NCBI GenBank assembly: GCA_038824035.1
Contig: JAWBBW010000022.1
Location: forward strand, 1 to 21,095
DNA length: 21,095 bases
Direction of reading: 5' to 3'
From: Desulfurococcaceae archaeon
GTDB taxonomy: Archaea; Thermoproteota; Thermoprotei_A; Sulfolobales; Desulfurococcaceae
The position numbers were made by a program, and so were the translations under genes. Positions 1-8,472 of this stretch are shown here, one piece after another (positions within the stretch are counted from its first letter, which is position 1; every line of letters starts with the position of its first letter). The notes beneath the pieces were generated by a model. The model was not told where the DNA came from. It did no database searches and saw only the letters and a program-made list of their open reading frames with translations.

Positions 1-1339
1 CTAGGCCGAATCGCATCTTGAAACCTGACGACCACTCATAATTATCTATCAAGTTCCAGTGAAGGTAGCCTTTCAATGCCACTCCATTAGATAATGCCCT
101 ATAAGCTTGGTATATATGTGAGACGAGGAACCACGACCTCCACTCATCCCTTTCATCTGCAATACCGTTCTCGGTGATTATAATTGGCAAACCATATTTT
201 TTCCAAATCTTAACGAGGACATTATACAGTCCTTCTGGATAGATCTCTCACCCGAAATCGGATGTGGGCCTATTATCCAGTGATCTACCGTTCGGCGAGC
301 AATTATGCCCATAACCAGGCACTACGAATGATATATACCTATCGCCGCTCACATATCTCTTAGTGACGACCACGCGGGAGTAATAATTGATCCCTACCCA
401 ATCAAGCCTTCCCTTAAGATCATCCCTTGTAGTGTCATCGAAAACGCCTTTAACCAATGCATCGAAGAAATAATATACATTCGATTGCTCGTATAGCATG
501 ACGGCATCTTTGTCATCGTCCTTTAATGGTTGTATATCGGGGATAGAATATATCACTCCTACAGGTTTCTTTGAGAACTCCTTGACAACGTCATAGGCCC
601 TTGCATGTGCTTCTAATAGGTTTTTCCTAGCAATTAACGCCGACTTCTGATCAAGATAACCTGGTGGAAAACCAGTTTTAACCAACAAATAACCCATTGT
701 CCAAACAACGTTTGGCTCATTCATAGTACTCCACATGTCCACGAGATCTCCAAGTTTCCAAGAGATATAACCAGCGTACTTGGTAAACTCTATTATAGTT
801 CTCTTATCAACCCATCCAGCCGGTGCCTTGTCAACCCCTTGTTTCCTAACAGCGATCGGGTCATGTACCCAGAGGGGCAGAGGCCAGTGATATAGGTTCA
901 ATATGATTGTGAACCCCCTCTCCCTTAGATCACTCAGTATTTGCCTATATCTCTCGACTGCCTTCTTATCGGCTCTCTCATCCAGCTCGGCTAGGTGTTT
1001 CTCATCTAATATCACTCGCTTAATGCCCTCATCGTCTTCGTCGATGTCCACATTGATGTCCACAGTGGGCTCCGGGAATATACGCGCCCATTCGATGCCT
1101 ATCCTAGCTGTGTTCATGCCAATTCTCTGTGCTATGTCGTGATCAACCTGATATAGTTCCCAGTAACCGGGGCCATTCTCTAGTAGATCCCCGCTCACGA
1201 TACCGGCCATTATGTTCTCCAAGTCATGTACCCATATATACCAATCACTCATGTACTCGGAGCCTGGCATACCCATTTCGTGTTGAAAACCAGCCGTGGA
1301 GAAGCCAAGGTAGAATTCCCTGGGTAACTTATATCCCAT
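1..1339 (-). pseudogene. bgaS: GH1 beta-glycosidase/beta-galactosidase (archaeal LacS/CelB type) interrupted by an in-frame TGA at 248-250; runs off the window at the 3' end
   Basis: GH1 motifs: GFSTAGFQHEMG, RIGIEWARIFP, TMNEP (acid/base), GINYY. After ...PTSDFG-TGA the same frame continues EIYPEGLY...IITENGIAD (nucleophile Glu at 170-172)...[23 protein letters not shown] to the window edge. ATG at 1339 is preferred over 1354 because GGAGGG lies just upstream. Confidence 0.93.
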
Positions 1340-1382
1340 CCAACATCCCTCCAACGCTGTGTCGAATACTATGTTGTGTATT

Positions 1383-1457
1383 TCAATATATTATAATGTA
1401 TATTGATTCAAGCGGGCTCGCTCTTTAAAAACCGTGTTCGACGAATCTCCAACACGG
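1383..1457. promoter_or_regulatory. Divergent promoter region of GH1 and the thioredoxin-like gene, with two inverted repeats
   Basis: AT-rich TATA-like stretches (1391-1397, TTTAAAAA 1424-1431); TCAATATA-N8-TATATTGA (1383-1406); CCGTGTT-N12-AACACGG (1432-1457). Confidence 0.45.
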
Positions 1458-1466
1458 GTATTTGAC

Positions 1467-1826
1467 ATGGATATGTCGAAAGTAATAGTGGAGATACAAC
1501 TAGATCTTAGCGAGGAGAGCGATACAGCTCTCAGAACATTGTTCAACGCCGCTGAAGAGCTATTAGACCGGTATGGTGTATGGGTTGAGATAATACCAAT
1601 ACACATATGGTCCAATGACCCATTAGAATCCGAGACAATGGATTTACCTAGAATATATATTAATGGAAAACTGAGGTTCATTGGTAGAGCCCCTTCCAAG
1701 AAAGAGCTAATATCGGCAATAATGGAGAGGATAGGTACTCCTCCAAAGAAGGCTGAAACATCTGCTATAAGCACTAAGGTGTTCTTTGACGGGGGTTTTT
1801 CAGAAGCCTCCATGATCACAGCATAG
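1467..1826 (+). CDS. Thioredoxin-like fold protein lacking cysteines
   Basis: C-terminal LPRIYINGKLRFIGRAPSKKEL matches the thioredoxin/glutaredoxin cis-Pro beta-beta-alpha signature; SEES stands where CxxC is expected. Start uncertain (GTG 1434, ATG 1467 or ATG 1473); the TATA at 1424-1431 favours the ATG starts. Confidence 0.7.
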   Translation: MDMSKVIVEIQLDLSEESDTALRTLFNAAEELLDRYGVWVEIIPIHIWSNDPLESETMDLPRIYINGKLRFIGRAPSKKELISAIMERIGTPPKKAETSAISTKVFFDGGFSEASMITA

Positions 1827-1868
1827 ATCATCTTTGATGTCAGAAATACGTCTATGATCAATATCCTT

Positions 1869-1883
1869 AGAAAAATATATAAG
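1869..1883 (+). promoter_or_regulatory. BRE-TATA promoter with no downstream ORF
   Basis: AGAAAAA (BRE-like) followed by TATATAAG (1876-1883); pyrimidine-G candidate start at 1906, 23 nt after the box, which is canonical archaeal spacing. Confidence 0.55.
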
Positions 1884-1905
1884 GGTCTATGAAGAACTTA
1901 TTCTT

Positions 1906-2091
1906 GCCGAACAACCCGCTACCGGATTACATCGAGTAAATAAGTCATCGCGTGTTCGGTATAATTTGTTGACACTTCTGCCATACAGTAAATCTGGCTA
2001 AGGCCGCAAACCAAAGCGATCTGAGAAACCCCCAGCAGGGGGAATGGAGAAATCATGAGAATTAAGTGTTTTTTACACGGTAGCGGGTTGT
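1906..2091 (+). ncRNA. Candidate structured non-coding RNA or MITE-like element of unknown family
   Basis: Perfect 14-bp inverted repeat ACAACCCGCTACCG (1911-1924)/CGGTAGCGGGTTGT (2078-2091). Further pairings: 1906-1913/1953-1960, GACACT(1971)/AGTGTT(2070), TTCT-G-CCAT(1976-1984)/ATGG-AGAA(2044-2051), CCCCC-AGCA-GGGGG (2029-2042). Upstream promoter; T6 run at 2069-2074. Confidence 0.4.
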
Positions 2092-2912
2092 GATGAGGCC
2101 TTCAAAGCCATGTACCTGGTATAAAGCCATTTACTCGTGTCCTCGTGTGCCTTGATCACAGCCTCTTCCATGTCATTTGTGATTGCTAGATGATATAACA
2201 AAGAGCCCAGGAAATAATCACCCGCCCCTGTCTTATCGGGGACTATTATATCCCTTTCTACCTCTAATTTGCGGACACGACCATTAATGGCCATTAATAT
2301 GGGATCTACTCTATTGGTCGCAACGATCAATACTTCTCTATATTTCCCAGTCAATTTCTCCATGAATCCCACAGTGTCTTCGCCCCTTGCCAGCGAGATC
2401 AATTCCTGTAGATCCATGTGCACTATGTCAACGTATTCCAAGGCATCTAAGACCTCTGGATTGAAGCTATTCACAACCCTGTGACCTATTGTTTCCCTGA
2501 CAAATCCCTGGACATCCAGGGCTATTAATGTCGACCTGTTCGCCAAGTCTTTGACCATGTTCACTCCGATCTCGCCCAGTACCGGGTTTATCACCACGTA
2601 GCATAGGTGTTCGTGCATGTTCCATGGATATAGGGACGGAGCTCTCTCCAACACTAACAACGATCTCTCGTCACCATGATATGAAAGCTCAAACACGTTC
2701 GCCGTGCTAGAGAATTGCCTTTGCACCATGAACTTCACTACTGGGTGAGCAAGTAACTGTGGTGCGTAGACGCCGTACACTGTTACGCGAAAACCCCTGT
2801 GTATAAATGGAATTGACGAGTAATAAACACCTCCCCCATATCTCATGCCCATGAATCGATTATCATGGTATATCAAGTCGATTGTTGGATTACCGTATAT
2901 GCATATGTCCAT
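2073..2912 (-). CDS. PfkB/ribokinase-family carbohydrate kinase
   Basis: N-terminal GNPTIDLI and GGGVYYS; ALDVQGFVR; C-terminal PfkB signature PDKTGAGDYF. Start ATG 2912 (or TTG 2915). Confidence 0.88.
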   Translation of the reverse strand: MDICIYGNPTIDLIYHDNRFMGMRYGGGVYYSSIPFIHRGFRVTVYGVYAPQLLAHPVVKFMVQRQFSSTANVFELSYHGDERSLLVLERAPSLYPWNMHEHLCYVVINPVLGEIGVNMVKDLANRSTLIALDVQGFVRETIGHRVVNSFNPEVLDALEYVDIVHMDLQELISLARGEDTVGFMEKLTGKYREVLIVATNRVDPILMAINGRVRKLEVERDIIVPDKTGAGDYFLGSLLYHLAITNDMEEAVIKAHEDTSKWLYTRYMALKASSQPATV

Positions 2913-2918
2913 CAATTC

Positions 2919-3203
2919 TTAATCCTCCGCTGATCCCTCAGTCAATATTTTCTTAACTACTTTGTCTAACCCGCTATAATGATAATTCTTCAAATGCTCT
3001 ATTAAATCATCCACTGTGTAGAAAAAGGAGTTCTCATATTCATATTCCTTGGATGGCGCTGGTTGACCCAGACACTTAGACGCGGCGTGTATGCAAATGG
3101 GACATGCTATTAGACCAGTGATCTTATCACGACATGTCCTTAACTCGATCCCATGTGTCTTAACTTCGAAGACCTCCCATCGAGGCTCCCATGTATACGC
3201 CAT
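2919..3203 (-). CDS. Small putative C2H2-like zinc-finger protein
   Basis: CPIC ... FYTVDDLIEHLKNYH pattern; GAAGGTG ribosome-binding site 6 nt upstream of ATG; tightly packed in an operon. Confidence 0.75.
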   Translation of the reverse strand: MAYTWEPRWEVFEVKTHGIELRTCRDKITGLIACPICIHAASKCLGQPAPSKEYEYENSFFYTVDDLIEHLKNYHYSGLDKVVKKILTEGSAED

Positions 3204-3212
3204 TTACGACAC

Positions 3213-3267
3213 CTTCAGCCGGTTGATCCCTCATCACTGATCAGAGGCCTAAAGTAGTCATCACGCA
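3213..3267 (-). ncRNA. Box C/D sRNA (dual-guide 2'-O-methylation guide), predicted targets in 16S rRNA
   Basis: Minus strand reads GTGATGA (C, 3264-3258) CTACTTTAGGCCT CTGA (D', 3244-3241) TCA GTGATGA (C', 3237-3231) GGGATCAACCGG CTGA (D, 3218-3215). All four boxes match consensus, with 13- and 12-nt guides. The D guide is complementary to the conserved archaeal 16S 5' end CCGGUUGAUCCU. Exact ends are approximate. Confidence 0.95.
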
Positions 3268-3276
3268 TAGCCCAGT

Positions 3277-3459
3277 TCACTTTATTCCAAGATATCTAGC
3301 GTAATCCACGAGTAAATTATGTATCATAATGGTGTTATTCACCATCATCTCGGCCAGAAACCTGGGTATGCCTAGTTTATACTGGATAAACACTATTGCC
3401 AATTCCCTTAACTCGTCGAGCTCTTTTAAAACAGCTTCGCCGTGCTTTATCTCGTGCAT
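3277..3459 (-). CDS. Small hypothetical protein (60 aa)
   Basis: ATG 9 nt after the MBL stop, GGTGA overlapping that stop serves as ribosome-binding site; fills the operon gap; helical-looking sequence. Confidence 0.65.
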   Translation of the reverse strand: MHEIKHGEAVLKELDELRELAIVFIQYKLGIPRFLAEMMVNNTIMIHNLLVDYARYLGIK

Positions 3460-3468
3460 TTGATCATT

Positions 3469-4113
3469 TCACCGAGGTGGTTTAGCCACAATCACTGTTT
3501 TCTTATAATCTCTTAAATTAAATGTATTGGTATCTAGTTTTACAACATTGTAGTTACTGATGTATTTCAAGAACTCGTCAATAGGTTTTAATGGGAGAGT
3601 TAAACCAGATATCCAGTAATGTATGGGCATGACATTTAAGGGAGAAGTGGCCTCGATTATTCTCCAGCCTTCTTGGGGCTCTATTGTGAAAGTGCCGCCG
3701 ACTGGCACTATCAGTAGATCGACCTTTGCGAGTTTATCGAGTACGTCTTTCGAAGGAATTTCTCCGAGATCTCCGAGGTGAGCTATTCTAAATCCCCTGG
3801 CCTCTACTATGTAAACAGCGTTCTCTCCTCTTCTTCTACCCATTTGCTTATCGTGATATGTCTTTAAGCCGATTACCTTTACGTTGTCGATTACTGATTC
3901 GCCGTAGAACATTTTGAAAACCCTTGTTCTCTCCTTTGATACCACGTCAATGGCATTGTGATCGAAATGGTCGTGCGTTACAAGCACCATATCGGCCTTT
4001 ATTTCAGGCCTTTTGATCCCAATACTGGATCCATCGTGAGGATCTATCACGATCACGTAATCATCGATCTTTAGGGATACACATGCATGGCCATGCCAAG
4101 AGACAATTACCAT
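3469..4113 (-). CDS. Metallo-beta-lactamase-fold hydrolase (Lactamase_B_3/UPF0173-like)
   Basis: WHGHAC, IDP, VTHDHFDHN (HxHxDH), HLGDLG, VPVGGTFT, PIHY. ATG 4113 preceded by GGAGGT. Confidence 0.92.
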   Translation of the reverse strand: MVIVSWHGHACVSLKIDDYVIVIDPHDGSSIGIKRPEIKADMVLVTHDHFDHNAIDVVSKERTRVFKMFYGESVIDNVKVIGLKTYHDKQMGRRRGENAVYIVEARGFRIAHLGDLGEIPSKDVLDKLAKVDLLIVPVGGTFTIEPQEGWRIIEATSPLNVMPIHYWISGLTLPLKPIDEFLKYISNYNVVKLDTNTFNLRDYKKTVIVAKPPR

Positions 4114-4179
4114 ACCCAATAACCTCCAATTCACATTAAATAAATCCACACAACCTATATTTAACAATTGTGGTCCAGT

Positions 4180-5595
4180 ATGGATCTACATGTAATGGGG
4201 TTATTATCACTAATACTGGTTTTCATGCCCCAGGTTTTTACATATTCATTGCATTTATTTTTCTTCCGTAAATCCAGGGAGAAAAGAGTGGACATTGCTA
4301 TCAGCCAGGGAAGCCCTGTAAGTGTAAGAGATGTGTCCTTTATATTGCCCATTAGACGAGAACCACTCGAATACCTCGAAAACGCGCTGAAATATATCCA
4401 TGAACTCGGAATACCTGGTTACGAGGTCATAGTTGTATCAGATGATGATGAGGGCGATAAAGACCTCGTGATCTCCAAGGTAATGGAGATGAGGGAAAAG
4501 GGTGTTAATGCATGGGTTATATGGCGAAGTGTGCCAAGAGGTATGCGGACAGGTGCTCTCAACACGGGGCTTTTCGCATCAAGGGGCACATATATATATG
4601 TCATGGATATCGACACACGGCCTGAGAAATGCCTGTTTGAAAAGGCCATGGAGGTATTGGAAAGCGATAGCAATGTGATCGGCGTTGTGGGTAGATGGGA
4701 GCCGATCAACATAGATACAAGGATAAGCGAGGCCCTGGGCCTAGCCATGAAATTCGTTGTCACAGCGCTATATAAGGGGAGGAGCGTAATGGGCCTAAGT
4801 GTTTATCCACTCGGCACTGGGACTTTGTACAGGGCTGATCTATTGAAAAAGCTTGGAGGATGGGATGAGAAAAGAGTGCAGGATGACATGGAGCTCGGAG
4901 CAAGGGTCATGAAAAATGGCTTAATGGTCAAATACATCGATGAGTGCACGGTTTTCGTTGAAAATCCATCGACATATAAAAGCCTAAGGATCCAACAATC
5001 CAGGTGGGCTTATGGGGCATTAGACGCGGCAATTGCCCGTTTTAAGCACATATTTGGTTCTAGCCAATCGTTTCTCGGTAAAATAGAGGCATTGACATAT
5101 CTCCTACAATACTTATTGGCATCGCTGGTTTTCACAGGCAATATCTTATTAGCCATAACAATGTTATTTACCAGGATGGATTATGTAAGGCTCTACCTTG
5201 TCTTTCCATTAACATGGCTTATCGCGACCACTTTATATGGCTCAGCGCTTCAAAAAGAATTCAAAGCCGTGACAGGGTCTACGTGGAGAAGCCTGGTATG
5301 TATGGGGAGGCTTTCAGCTGTCACACTTGCTCTATCCCCCTACATAGCGTTCTCGAGCTTTAAGGCATTGATGAGGATCAAGGAGATATATAAGAGAACT
5401 CCAAAAGGCTTATATCAAGGAATCTACAGCGGGTTGCGGGTTCCATGGGAATTATTAATGGGGCTATTTTTCACGTTTACTGGTATTTATGGATTAATAA
5501 ATGGATTAATATTCACTGGGATATGGCTTCTAGTGGAAGCATCCGGCTTCATATATGTTGTATACAGGTTCCCGCGAGATGTGTTCTACAAATAG
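4180..5595 (+). CDS. Membrane-bound GT2 glycosyltransferase, cellulose-synthase-like (processive type)
   Basis: N-terminal TM helix; D, DxD (MDID), D (QDD), QxxRW (QQSRW); multiple C-terminal TM helices; YKRTPK motif. ATG 4180 preferred to TTG 4168. Confidence 0.9.
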   Translation: MDLHVMGLLSLILVFMPQVFTYSLHLFFFRKSREKRVDIAISQGSPVSVRDVSFILPIRREPLEYLENALKYIHELGIPGYEVIVVSDDDEGDKDLVISKVMEMREKGVNAWVIWRSVPRGMRTGALNTGLFASRGTYIYVMDIDTRPEKCLFEKAMEVLESDSNVIGVVGRWEPINIDTRISEALGLAMKFVVTALYKGRSVMGLSVYPLGTGTLYRADLLKKLGGWDEKRVQDDMELGARVMKNGLMVKYIDECTVFVENPSTYKSLRIQQSRWAYGALDAAIARFKHIFGSSQSFLGKIEALTYLLQYLLASLVFTGNILLAITMLFTRMDYVRLYLVFPLTWLIATTLYGSALQKEFKAVTGSTWRSLVCMGRLSAVTLALSPYIAFSSFKALMRIKEIYKRTPKGLYQGIYSGLRVPWELLMGLFFTFTGIYGLINGLIFTGIWLLVEASGFIYVVYRFPRDVFYK

Positions 5596-5799
5596 GCCGG
5601 GCTTTCAGGCACAATGGCCTTGTTAAACCTTGGTTCTTTTCTCTATAAATGCTTATCGCTGTGCTAAGTGATAAAAACTATTTCATAATCTATAAAACCC
5701 ATGGATACAATAGAGGGTGCGAGATTTGCTTATAACTCACTTAAATCGCTTCTATAAGGGCAGAGGTTTTCGTGTAAACTGAGCTGTAATGACCATTAT

Positions 5800-8472
5800 G
5801 TGTTGGAGTGGTGGTTGGAATTGGTTGTGAAATACCTCGATAGGGAATACATGGATAAAGAAGTGCTCGGCATGTTAAGGCCATATGTCAGGGAATGGTT
5901 CACGAATACGTATGGAGAATTAACCCCTGTTCAGAGGAAGACAATACCACTCGTTAAGAAAGGCGAGAACGTTCTAATATCTAGTCCAACGGGCACTGGT
6001 AAAACACTCGCTGTTTTCCTAGGTATAATAGATGAGATATACAAGGCCTATGAAGAGAGCGGTAAATTGCCGGAAGGCGTCTACGTTGTATATGTCAGCC
6101 CTTTGAGGGCTTTGAACAACGATATGAGGAAAAACCTATACGACCCCATCGTGGGGATCAGGGAGGTCGCGAAGAGATATGGACTTGAATTGCCCGAGCT
6201 CAGGATAGCCGTTAGAACCAGTGACACGAGCCCATATGAGAAACAGAAAATGTCGAAAAACCCACCACATATCCTGATAACAACCCCTGAGAGCCTGGCA
6301 ATAGCACTCAATGCACCAAAGTTCAGGGAGAGATTGAAGAACACCAGGATCGTGGTTATAGATGAAATACATGAATTGGCATCCAGTAAGAGAGGTAGCC
6401 ATTTAATGATCAGCGTGGAGAGATTAGAACACCTGGTTGGAATACCCCTGCAGAGAATCGGGTTAAGTGCTACTATTGCGCCTCTGGACGAGATAGCCTT
6501 ATTCCTCGTTGGATATCGCGATGATGGGACACCAAGGGATTGTGTCATAGTGGATGCCAGGTTCGAGAAAAAAATGGACCTGAGAGTACTAGCCCCTGTG
6601 AAGGACTTTGTGTACACACCAGCGGATGTGATGAACGAGGCCATTTACAAGACAATAATAGATCTCGTTAAAAGGCACAAGACAACTTTGATCTTCACTA
6701 ACACGAGGAGCGCCACCGAGAGAGTCGTGTTCAAGTTGAGGAAAATAATGGAGAGCGAGAAAGTTATAGATGTCGATGAAATCGAGGCTCATCATAGTAG
6801 TCTGAGCAGGGACCTGAGACTAGAGATCGAGGATAAGTTGAAAAGGGGCTTTTTAAGGACAATTGTGAGCTCGACTTCGCTGGAACTGGGCATCGATATT
6901 GGCTACATAGACCTAGTGATATTGCTCAGTAGCCCCAAGAGCGTTACGAGGTTATTACAGAGGATTGGTAGATCAGGACATCACATCAAGGAGGTTAGTA
7001 AAGGAAGAATCATAGTTGTTGATAGAGATGACCTAGTCGAGTGCACAGTGCTGTGTAAACTGGCATATGATAGGAAAATAGACAGGATCAGGATACCGAA
7101 AAATCCCCTAGACGTATTAGCTCAACACATCGTTGGAATGGCGCTTGAGAACAAGTGGAGGGTTGAAGAGGCGTATCGTTTAGTTAAAAGAACCTATGCT
7201 TTCCACGATTTGAGTTACGAGGAGTTTCTGAGTGTTGTGAAATACCTTGCAGGCCATTTAGGGGATTTCTATGAACACCAAAAAGTGTACTCTAAGATAT
7301 GGTTCGATGAAGAAGAGGGCGTTTTCGGCAAAAAGAAGACCACTAGGATGATATACTACTTGAACATAGGCGTGATACCAGATGAAAGCAAGGTACATGT
7401 ATTCACCACTAGTGGAAAATACGTAGGAGACCTGGAAGAAGGGTTTGTAGAGTACCTGGTGCCAGGAGACCTATTTATACTCGGAGGAAGGGTTTACGAA
7501 TTCGTTGAAAGCCGTGGTCTCAAGGCCATTGTCAAGCCAGCTGATGGACAACGCCCCACTGTGCCAACCTGGTTCAGTGAGATGTTACCGCTTTCATACG
7601 ACTCCGCCAAGGAGATTGGCAAATTCAGGAGGATTGTCTCAGAGATTATTGATAGATTAAAACGCGAAGAGGTGATAGAGTTCCTTATGAACGAGTATAG
7701 GCTACAGAGACATGCCGCCAATGCCATTTACAACTACATAATGGAGCAAAAGCTATATACCGGCAACCTGGTGCCTTCTGATAAGCTGATCTTGATAGAG
7801 ATATTTGACGAAGATGATAAGAGAAACATCATAGTGCACTCGTTATTCGGTAGAAAAGCAAACGAGGCACTGGCAAGGATATATGCATATATTGTTGGCA
7901 ATAAACTCGGTCTCAATGTAAAGATAACTGTGACTGATAATGGATTCATGTTAACACTTCCAGGCCATCCACAGGCTGATTACGTAGAGTTGTTTAAATC
8001 CATACCAGTTGAAAGAGCTTGGGACATCCTCGTGAAAGTGCTTAGGAAAACAGATCTACTCAAGAGGAGATTTAGACACGTCGCGGTGAGGAGTTTCATG
8101 TTATTGAGGAGATATAGGGATACCGAGAAATCACTGCACAGGCTTCAGGTCAATGCAGAAGAGTTGTTGAAAGCAGTGGAGGAAATCGAGGGGTTCCCCG
8201 TGCTCAAAGAGACTTATAGGGAGATATTAATGGATTACATGCACGTGGACGAGGCGATCGAGGTTCTGAGTGCTATTAAGAGAGGTGAGATCGAGGTCAA
8301 GGCTATTGGACCGCTTGATGCACCAACGCCGTTCGCCCACAGCATAGTAGTGCATGGATATAGCGATGTCGTGTTAATGGAGGATATGAGGAAATTATTA
8401 GCGAGGCTTCACGACATGGTTATGAGCAAACTAACTAAGTCTGCCCATGGCTCTCCGCCTCAGTCTTCTTAG
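5800..8472 (+). CDS. lhr: ATP-dependent SF2 helicase Lhr (archaeal Lhr-core, ~880 aa)
   Basis: SPTGTGKT, YVSPLRALNND, ITTPESL, DEIH, GLSAT, AHHSSLS, SLELGIDIG, QRIGRSGH, winged-helix DVLAQHI, PTWFSE. True start may be slightly downstream (TTG 5821 or GTG 5827). Confidence 0.96.
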   Translation: MLEWWLELVVKYLDREYMDKEVLGMLRPYVREWFTNTYGELTPVQRKTIPLVKKGENVLISSPTGTGKTLAVFLGIIDEIYKAYEESGKLPEGVYVVYVSPLRALNNDMRKNLYDPIVGIREVAKRYGLELPELRIAVRTSDTSPYEKQKMSKNPPHILITTPESLAIALNAPKFRERLKNTRIVVIDEIHELASSKRGSHLMISVERLEHLVGIPLQRIGLSATIAPLDEIALFLVGYRDDGTPRDCVIVDARFEKKMDLRVLAPVKDFVYTPADVMNEAIYKTIIDLVKRHKTTLIFTNTRSATERVVFKLRKIMESEKVIDVDEIEAHHSSLSRDLRLEIEDKLKRGFLRTIVSSTSLELGIDIGYIDLVILLSSPKSVTRLLQRIGRSGHHIKEVSKGRIIVVDRDDLVECTVLCKLAYDRKIDRIRIPKNPLDVLAQHIVGMALENKWRVEEAYRLVKRTYAFHDLSYEEFLSVVKYLAGHLGDFYEHQKVYSKIWFDEEEGVFGKKKTTRMIYYLNIGVIPDESKVHVFTTSGKYVGDLEEGFVEYLVPGDLFILGGRVYEFVESRGLKAIVKPADGQRPTVPTWFSEMLPLSYDSAKEIGKFRRIVSEIIDRLKREEVIEFLMNEYRLQRHAANAIYNYIMEQKLYTGNLVPSDKLILIEIFDEDDKRNIIVHSLFGRKANEALARIYAYIVGNKLGLNVKITVTDNGFMLTLPGHPQADYVELFKSIPVERAWDILVKVLRKTDLLKRRFRHVAVRSFMLLRRYRDTEKSLHRLQVNAEELLKAVEEIEGFPVLKETYREILMDYMHVDEAIEVLSAIKRGEIEVKAIGPLDAPTPFAHSIVVHGYSDVVLMEDMRKLLARLHDMVMSKLTKSAHGSPPQSS

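Noticed and set aside
1391-1861. 156-aa minus-strand ORF
   Set aside because: Antisense shadow of the thioredoxin-like gene, Ser/Ile-rich with no motif. The same applies to the other overlapping antisense ORFs in the track (e.g. 6081-6644, 15066-15524, 15824-16201, 18416-18751, 20388-20702, 20795-21022).
1889-1939. 16-codon ORF MKNLFLPNNPLPDYIE
   Set aside because: Its ATG lies only 5 nt after the TATA box, upstream of the predicted TSS, and it has no ribosome-binding site.
1906-1963. H/ACA-type hairpin (8-bp basal stem followed by ATA)
   Set aside because: No convincing upper stem or K-turn and no identifiable target; kept only as a sub-structure of the 1906-2091 element.
2090-2125. GTGATGA C-box on the + strand
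   Set aside because: No CTGA boxes at guide distance; lies antisense within the kinase gene.
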